DNA of 62,000 bases, taken from Malacoraja senta. Its lineage: Eukaryota. The stretch covers positions 930,001 to 992,000 of the forward strand of contig CM075997.1 in the NCBI GenBank assembly GCA_038087875.1. Direction: 5' to 3'. The first letter of the stretch is position 1, and each line of letters starts with the position of its first letter. The notes under the pieces are model-generated. The model was not told the DNA's origin, made no database searches, and saw nothing but the letters and a program-made list of their open reading frames with translations. Below are positions 53,581-62,000 of the stretch, one piece after another. The position numbers and the translations under genes were made by a program.

Positions 53581-54159
53581 TTATCTAACAATCCCTTTAA
53601 GAACACATTAGTTGTTATTTGTCTTGCTCCTGTTTGTGTGACATTACTGGTGAAAGATAGCTACCCTGTTTTCCTGTGTGAAGTGCCTTTTTTTGCATTT
53701 CATTGATAAACAAAAAGTTAATAAACGTAATACTTCCCAAATTTCAAATGTATCCCAGGTCTTTGGCGCTGAGGCAGCAACTCCTTATCTAACAATCCCT
53801 TATCTAACAATCCCGCTCAAGATTCCAGCACCTGCAGTTTCTTGTGTCTTTGTCGGTTCTGAGCAAAGATCTTAGAGCGGAGCAAGATGGTCCACTCCTG
53901 CAAAATCCAATGGACTGACGTGTAGTACGCAACGGAGCGTAACTTTCGCCATTCAGACCCGACTTCAGTTATGCCTCTCGCAGTGTGATCAGCCTTGCAG
54001 GGGATCAGTTTGCGTGTTTTTAAATGTTTTAAATGTTTTTTACATTTTTCTTTTTAAGTGGCTCATGTCCTGCGTTTGTATTGATTTTTGTATTAAACTT
54101 GCACTCTGTAATTCATCTAATCCCATTGTTCACAACTGCTTGTATATATTTTTCTAGTT

Positions 54160-54262
54160 TCTTATATATATAAACATATATATTCATTATATATATATGA
54201 TGCATATATATATATATGTGTGACATATACGTACATAAATATATAACACACATATATATATA
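54160..54262. repeat. Degenerate (AT)n microsatellite
   Basis: Seen directly in the sequence. Confidence 0.85.
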
Positions 54263-55401
54263 TTCTCTTGTTTCTTTCTTGTGATCTCTTTGGTTCTGAG
54301 GTAGCTAATGACGTCTTGCATGGTGAGGTCTGCAGAGTTCACGCAGGGATGAGACGCTGGGTGAGTTGTTCTTTAAATATTTCAGTCAATTGTTGCGAAG
54401 GCAGAGGTGTGGGGTGAGGGGGTGGTTTCCTGCTGCTGAATACATACTCAGCTATGCGAGGTTAAGAGCAGAGGAGGGCTCCAAAATAGTCGCACTGGTG
54501 TCAAATTAACAATGCGTGCTGATTAACATCATAGTCTGCACACTTCCTCCTGGACAGCCACAGGGTTAATCCAACACACTCACCAGTGTAGTTCCCAGTA
54601 TGAAATGGTTGACATTTTATTGTGCGCACCGCAGTCATCAGTTTGGAACTCCAAGAGCACTGGCTAAAGTATAAAAATGAATGCTAAAAGTCCTGATCTT
54701 TAGTTATATGTTTACATGTTGAGAGAGAGAATCTGAAGAAGGCTTTGGCCTGAAACGTTGCCTATTTCCTTCGCTCCATAAGATGCTGCCTCACCCGCTG
54801 AGTTTCTCCAGCATTTTTGTCTACCTTCGATTTTTCCAGCAACTGCAGTTCTTTCTTAAACACGAAGTCTGAAGAAGGGTCTGGACCCAAAACGTCGCCT
54901 ATTCCTTTTCTCCCTAGATGCTGCCTCACCCGCTGAGTTTCTCCAGCATTTTATGTCTACTTTCACTGAAAGTACAGAACTTTAACAGGATCTGACAAGC
55001 TAGATACAGGCAGGATGTTTCCCTTGTCTCGAGCTAAGTCTCACAACGTCAGGATATAGGATAAAACATTTAAGACAGGGGTGTAGAGAAATGTTATCAT
55101 TAAGGGGCTGGTGAACCTGTGGAATTCTTCACAACAGAAAGCTATCGAGTCCATCTCACTGAATATACTTAAGAAAGTGATAGACACAAAATGCTGGAAT
55201 AACTCAGTGTGTCAGGCAGCATCTCTAGAATGGGAGGTAGACACAGCATTTTTGTCTACCTTCGATTTTCCAACATCTCCAGTTCCTTCTTAAATATCTC
55301 AAGAATTGTGTATTTTCGGGTCGAGACCCTTCTTCAGACTCAATGGGTGACATTTCGGGTCGAGACCCTTCTTCAGACTCAAGTCAAGTTTTTTTTTTTT
55401 A

Positions 55402-55605
55402 GCGGTCTGCAGACGTGGGCTTCGTGGACAGCGCCTCCTGCGAGTGTGGGGACGCAACACAGACAGTGGAGCACATAGTCACCAGTTGCCCCAAACACCG
55501 GCCACCGAATGGTGAACGAGGTCTGATTGACCTAGACAATGACACGTTGGCCTGGCTCGCCTCAACGGAGCTGCAGGTCTAAAAGACACATGACAGAAGA
55601 AGAAG
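55402..55605 (+). mobile_element. 3' end of an Ingi/Vingi-type non-LTR retrotransposon (CCHC knuckle)
   Basis: 55418-55582 reads GFVDSASCECGDATQTVEHIVTSCPKHRPPNGERGLIDLDNDTLAWLASTELQV*, followed by a very short 3' UTR and a GAAGAAGAAG tail. Confidence 0.7.
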
Positions 55606-56400
55606 TCTGTTAGTAGTAGGTTTACAAAGGTCGTAGGTTTTCAAAACTGGTTTACAAAAGAAGACACAGCGTACAGGAGTAACTCAGCGCATCAGGCAGT
55701 GTCTCAGGAGAGCAACGATACGAGACCTTTCTGGTCAGGGTCCCGACCTGAAACATCACTGATCCATTTTCTCCTGAGATGCTGCCTGACCCACTGAGCT
55801 AATCCAGCACTCTGTGTCTTCTTAATTTTGCAGTACTCAGCCATCTTGAAACTATATCCGTTCACAGAGCAGCTACTGAATGAAGCATTTTGCAGTATTC
55901 TCAAGACGAACAGGAGCAAGACTCACTTTAGGTTGCCTTGCCCTCACCACCGTCTCTCAAAATACAATGCTGCCATGTGTTTAGTCTCTCTCACCCAAAG
56001 CTGGAATTTAATGCTATATCCTGCCAACTTTACATTCATTTGTACCACTGACTACAGACACCGTGACTCAACAACTCCAGGAACGGAAGTAAAACTACCC
56101 TATATTTTTCCACAGCCTGTGATAATGAACTCACTATTCTCTTATTATAAATATGTGAAACAGTGAATGGAAAATATAGAACTACATGGAGAGAGGAAGG
56201 CAGTGAAATGATTCAAGTCATTTAGAATATAGCCACTGAAAAGGAAGAAAAACCACTGTTGCTGAAAATCAGAAATATTAACAGAAAATTGCACAAAATA
56301 ATCAGCAGCTCAGATAGCATCTGTGAAGGGAGAAACAGGAGTAACGTTTTAGGTCAATAACCTTTCATCAGAACATACAGAATATAGCCATTCGAGATTA

Positions 56401-57020
56401 AAGCCCCTGTCCCACTTAGGCATTTTTTCGGTGACTACAGACGATTAGGCTGTCGCCACATGGTCACAGGGAGATGCCTGTATGGTCGTGAGTGGTCTCC
56501 TCAAGTCGGCCTAAAGAGTCGTAATGTTTTTCTGGTCGCTGCTGGATTTTGGAATGTTCAAAACTTTTCGTCGACTGTGGGCTTGACGTAGCTTGCCTTC
56601 TGTCGTAGGTGCTGTCATAGGTTGTCATCAGGATGACGCAGGTTGTCGCCAGGTGACATTGGTTGTCGCCGGGTGCTGACTTCGGTGAATTCAATTGGCG
56701 ACTACCTACGTCAACTTCAGGTACCGGTGACTGAATGGTCTTCAGTTATCGCTGACAGGGACGTTGCTAGTCGTAGCTTGTCACGGGTGGACACAGGTTG
56801 ACTTTGGTTGTCGTAGGTTGTCGCATACGTGGTCGTAGGTGTGGTCGTAGTTGGACGTCGTAATGGATCGCCGGTTGTCGGTAGTTTGCCATAGCTTGAC
56901 GTCGACTAGGTGGTAGGTTGTCGTAGCTTGTCGTAGACATTGTCGTAAGGGGGGCCCAGTCGCCGCTTTTCCGGCAACCTGCTATGACTGTGACAGTCAC
57001 CAAAAAAAATTGCCTACTTA
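56401..57020. mobile_element. Longer member of the same MITE family, with internal GTCGTAG/GTTGTCG repeats
   Basis: Starts AAGCCCCTGTCCCACTTAG; shares TTTTTCTGGTCGCTGCTGGATTTT; right TIR appears lost. Confidence 0.65.
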
Positions 57021-59169
57021 TATGCCGAACCTAGATCCAAAATTACAGAGGGCAGCATACAGGCAGAGTATTTTTTCAAAATTCTTCACTGTCAAAGCAA
57101 AAAATATGATAGAAACATAGAAACATAGAAAATAGGTGCAGGAGTAGGCCATTCGGCCCTTCGAGCCTGCACCGCCATTCAATATGATCATGGCTGATCA
57201 TCCAACTCAGTATCCTGTACCTGCTTTCTCTCCATACCCCCTGATCCCTTTAGCCACAAGGGCCACATCTAACTCCCTCTTAAATATAGCCAATGAACTG
57301 GCCTCAACTACCTGATATATAAAAACTTAAAGAGAGAAGGAATGGGTGACGTTTCGGGTCGAGACCCTTCTTCAGACACGAAGACCCAAAACGTCAACCA
57401 ATCCTTCTCTCCAGAGATGCTGCATGTCCCGCTGAGTGACTCCAGCATTTTGTGTCTATCTTCGGTTTAAACTAGCATCTGCAGTTCCTTCCAACACAAG
57501 TATAAATTTAAGATTGACTTCATCGTTACATTCTGAAACTAGTGCAGAGTGACAGGTAAACATTTAACAACCGCAAGCATTCCAGAAGTTTTTTCGCCGG
57601 CTGATCCTGCACTGATCCCCCCCCCCCTCCACACCCCATGCTGTGCAGACAATTTTACAACAGCCGGATGCAATTCAATTAAAAGGTCCCAATTGAATGG
57701 AGGATCCTCAGCTGCTGTTATGGAACTTGCTCCAGCAGGGCAGGAATCTGCCCACTGCTTTCTGGGCAGCATAAAAGCGGAAGGCCACACCCTGTTCTCC
57801 CAGAATATATTGCCTTAACATCGTGCCACAGACCACAGGGACTGAGTAAACACTAAATAAGCTTCATGTCAGGAGACAGGGTAAAAAAATAAACCAACAA
57901 CATCAGCAAAAGATTTTGCATCCTCAGAGCAAAGTCGTTTTCATAAGTGTCTGCAAAACTAAAGGGGAATTGCATGCAGAATGTGCAAACATTTGGGTCC
58001 CAGATGCCATGTATAAGTGGCAGTTTTTTGTGAAATTACAGAAGTTGAAAACAAAATGAGGAATAGCAAAAACAGGAAATGCCTTTTAAAATTTGTTTGC
58101 GAAGGTCAAGTTCCTTTTACCCACTGTAATGCGTTATGTGAGCCAGGACTGTAGCTTTGGTAACACAGTGGCTGTCTCCTGTTTATACAGTCTCTGGATT
58201 TGCCGTGTAAGCTTTAATGATATATGGCTTGGTCTCTTTGGATTACTCAAAAGGTTAGATGATTGAAGCGGTGAAAGGACCAGAATTAAGAGGACTAGTA
58301 CCCACCCAAGGAGTTCAAAAATGACAGTACCGTTCAGATATGCATTCACAGAGAACAGTACAGCACAGAACAGGCCTTTCAGCCCACGGTGTCTATGCCA
58401 ATCATGACAAACATGATACTACGTTAAATTAATCTCCTCTGCCTGCATTCCCTGCATACCTACGTGAAACCCATTCACACACATTCAATTGACCTTCCTC
58501 CGAGGAAGAAGCAAGTTGACATGTAATACTAAACACTAAGGCCTTAAAGTTATTGCAATTTTCTTTTCCATCATTCTTTCTCCCTACCTTTAGAACCTTG
58601 TAGCACAGAAGGAGGCCATTTGGCCCATTGTTACTGATCTTTTCATATATTTATCCAGTGCATAAAAGATTATAGCAAATCGCTACTTGAAAACATAATT
58701 CTCAATCTCATGTTACCAAACATTTTAAATCTGTGCACTGACTATCCTTCCAATGAAAACTTGTTTCTCCTTCAGAGTATTAGTATTGCAGCGGTTACAG
58801 TGAAAACAACTCTGAACATTATACAATTACTGCTTAGGTGTTGGCCTGTCAGGACACAGGTATCCAAGCAACGTAGGTTGTTATTATGTCATTATCTTCC
58901 CTCAGGGTGTGACGGTAAAACAGTCATGTTTAAACTCGAAATATTCAAGTACTGTAGTAAGTTAAAACTGTTTTTTGTGAAACCACCCACCATTTTTTAA
59001 AAAGGATTGTTTTTTTCAGCGTTAGAAGTTGTTGCAGCAGAGTGTATGGTGGTGCAATTCAAGGATGGGCAGGAATTTGTTATCCATCGTGATACTTTTT
59101 CAAGTTCTGTAATAATCTCCCCACACCCAAGATCATTGCCACTTCTGAAGGGAGGAACTCACTTTAAGG

Positions 59170-59375
59170 AAAGACACAAAAGGCTGGAGTAACTTAGCGG
59201 GTCAGACAGCATCTCTGGAGACAAGGAATAGGTGATGTTTCGTGTGAAAAGGGGTCTCGCCCCGAAACGTCACCTATTCCTTTTCTCCAGAGATGCTGTC
59301 TGACCCGCTGATTTACTCCAGCTTTTTTTTGTCTATCTTCGGTTTAAACCAGCATCGGCAGTTCCTTCCGACACA
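59170..59375. mobile_element. Penelope-like inverted insertion
   Basis: Opposed copies of the 3' fragment. Confidence 0.75.
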
Positions 59376-60291
59376 CTCCCTCCAAGTCTAAGGTATATTT
59401 ATGTTGTTACCAGCAACTGTTTCATATTTCATCTAAATGGCAATTTTGCATGAAAAACAATTGGAAGGAAGACTATAATCACCCAAGGATCTCAGGGTAG
59501 AAATAGGAGGACAATCAGGCACTTGAGTCCAATGCTCCATTCAATAAGATTGAACAACTTAACTGCATTCACTCCTTCTTTGCCTGATATCCCTGGATAC
59601 ACTCATCTAACAGATAAGTAACACAATCAGTCCCAGACTAGAAAATTAAAATGTATGGCCACTTGATGAGAAAGATGTCCTCTTTGGAAATAAGATGGAT
59701 GATTTCACTCCTGAATAAGGTAACGCTAATTTTATTCCCCCGAGTAAATAGTATGTAATCTACACAATGGGCTTATCATTTTAAACAAACCTACGAAATA
59801 AAGTGGCATAAGCCTGTTTATTAAATAGTCTGCATAATTTAACACTGAGAGGATTGATATCATTCTTGTGGATCTGTACTGAACATGCCACAGTTCTTTA
59901 CTGAGACTTCTTGTCTCGGTCTGAATACCGTACTCCACCCATGTCTGCTCAGGCTCTGTAAAGCACTTCCACGTTTTTGAACTCTAACCTCCTTTAAAGA
60001 AAGGCTACGTTTCTATCAGCCTTCGACAGAATATAGAACACAAAAAAGTACAGCGCAGGAACAGACCCTTCGGCCCACAATGTCCATGTCAAACATGATG
60101 CTAAGATAAACTAATCTTATTTGCCTGCACACGATCCATATCCCTCCATACCCTGTATATTCATATGCCTATCTAAAATCCTCTTAAATGCCACTAATGT
60201 ATCTGCCTCCATCACCAGTCCCGACTACGCATTCCAGGCACCCACCATCCACTACTTAAAAGGCTTGCCCTGCACATCTTAACATTTCAAT

Positions 60292-60473
60292 GGGGTCAAG
60301 GAAAGAGCGTTGACGTCGCGGCCGTGTTTCCACCAATCTTTCCACCACCACGCACAAGAAACACAAGAAGCGCAAGACAGACACCATTGTACGCAGATGC
60401 CGAGAAGTGTGTTCAGCTCGGGCTGATTAGAACAACTTCTAATCTTGTGTGTGGACTCGATAAGAAGAAGAAA
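60292..60473 (+). mobile_element. Short GAA-tailed element with degenerate 5' HDV-like ribozyme
   Basis: P2 GGAAAGA/TCTTTCC; P3 GCG/CGC; L3 TTGACGT; imperfect P1 GGGGTC/GGCCGT; J4/2 C-CAA. TSD-like ATTTCAAT/ATGTCAAT; tail TAAGAAGAAGAA. Confidence 0.65.
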
Positions 60474-60734
60474 ATGTCAATCAATTCAACGATACTTTAT
60501 TGTCACATGTACCCAGCTAGGTACAGTGAAATTCTTGTTTCTGCATATCGTCCGGTAAAATCATACAGCAGACCTCACCTAGGCAGTATACAAAGAGTGT
60601 CGACAAACTTACAATTTTGTATCTCTTCTCGCAGCGGCGAACCAGGCCTGGCCCCCAAACATCCCCGTACAGCCTTATTGACCACTTTTTGAATGATCTG
60701 TTGGGATCTGTGCAAATGGATTTAGAACCTTGTT

Positions 60735-61051
60735 TAGTTTTTTAGTATAGCTTAGAGATACAGCGTGGAAACAGGCCCTTCGGCCCATCGGATCCGCGCC
60801 AACCAGCGATCCCCACACATTAACACCATCCTACACACACTAAGGACATTTTTTACATTTACCAAGCCAATTAACCTACAAACCTGTACGTCTTTGGAGT
60901 GTGGGAGGAAACCGAAGATCTCTGAGAAAACCCACGCAGGTCATGGGGAGAACGTACAAACTCCGTACAGATAGCACCCGTAGTCGGGATCGAACCCTGG
61001 TCTCTGGCGTTGCATTCGCTGTAAGGCAGTAACTCTACCGCTGCACCACCG
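60735..61051 (-). mobile_element. V-SINE (HE1-like)
   Basis: Same consensus. Confidence 0.85.
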
Positions 61052-62000
61052 TTAATATAGCACAATCTTGTAACATAAGGAGGGATTGTCAGAGGGAGTG
61101 GGAAGAATGACCTAAATTCCATTTCCTCCCAGCAAAGGAAAAGCAAATAAAAAATATCTATATATCTGCAACAAATGGTGGTTTGAATGCATTTATTCAA
61201 ATTATTTCTAGCTGTGCAACAAGTGAGGCAAAAAATAAACACAAGATACAGAGGAGGATAGATTTGAATTGCTTTTCTTTCGTTTAGTGGCACTTTGTTG
61301 CTGTTATGTTTCAGTGCAAATATGTCATGCATGCCACAGCTACACCAAAATAAATGTGGCTAAATCACTTTGGTCAGAGACTGGAAAAACACACATTCTT
61401 TTTGCTGACGGCCAGCTTTAGTGACTCTGGAAACTTATTATGTATCCTGTAACTTATTTTGTATTTTGTATGGTTGTGACAAACCCATGCAATGAGATGC
61501 ATTGTCAATACGCAGTGTCAATAGATAGCAGATAGAGAGCAAGTTCAAGCTCACACAGACTCACAAGGCTACTTTAGCCTTGGGCTGTTTGTCCAGTGGC
61601 ACATGAAGAAATAAATACACATGATCATCTATGCCAAATTCAAAAGGGTTTGGTAATTAGTAGTGAACAAGAGATAAACCTAAGAGGAATTATGTCAAAC
61701 CGCAACAGGGTATAAAGTTAAGGACTTAAGTTTCAGAAACAGGAAGGAAAGTCAAGCAGTAAGTCAGGTTCAAATTACTAGTGACTTAAAAAGTAATAGC
61801 AGGCGATAGTCCGCTCAGAACAGTCATGGATCAATACAGTAGCTCCATTTCATATAACATTTCTGGGAAGAGGAAAGGATCTCAGAATTCTGTGGATCTA
61901 GAGCATTTTACAAGGTGGGTAGTTCACAATAAGTACAGTGCCCTCCATAATGTTTGAGACAAAGTCCCATCGTTTATTTATTTGCCCCTTTACTCCACAA

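Overview
Repeat-rich vertebrate genomic DNA, most likely from a cartilaginous fish (skate/ray). That assignment is inferred from the HE1-like V-SINEs and CR1/HER1-like LINE tails. The only recognisable host coding sequence is the first coding exon of a mixed-lineage kinase (best match MAP3K10/MLK2; + strand, 42364-43048; SH3 plus N-terminal kinase domain). It sits in a CpG island, carries three single-base deletions, and is followed by an intron running to the window end across a 200-N gap. A second CpG-island promoter at ~31.5-32.4 kb has a strong minus-strand splice donor (a divergent gene) and abuts a minisatellite built on the NF-kB-like palindrome GGGGAATCCCC. The rest is interspersed repeats: V-SINEs, CR1, Rex1/Babar, L2 and L1-like LINE ends, Harbinger-like MITEs, and roughly 50 fragments of a Penelope-like element. 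Two ribozyme signals stand out. (1) Three unrelated short (140-180 bp), TSD-flanked, (GAA)n-tailed elements each begin exactly at the G+1 of an HDV-like ribozyme fold, and an Ingi/Vingi-type ORF end with the same tail is nearby. (2) The Penelope 3' fragments carry a minimal dimer-type hammerhead and are often arranged as inverted hairpins. All calls are by eye; no database searches or folding programs were run.
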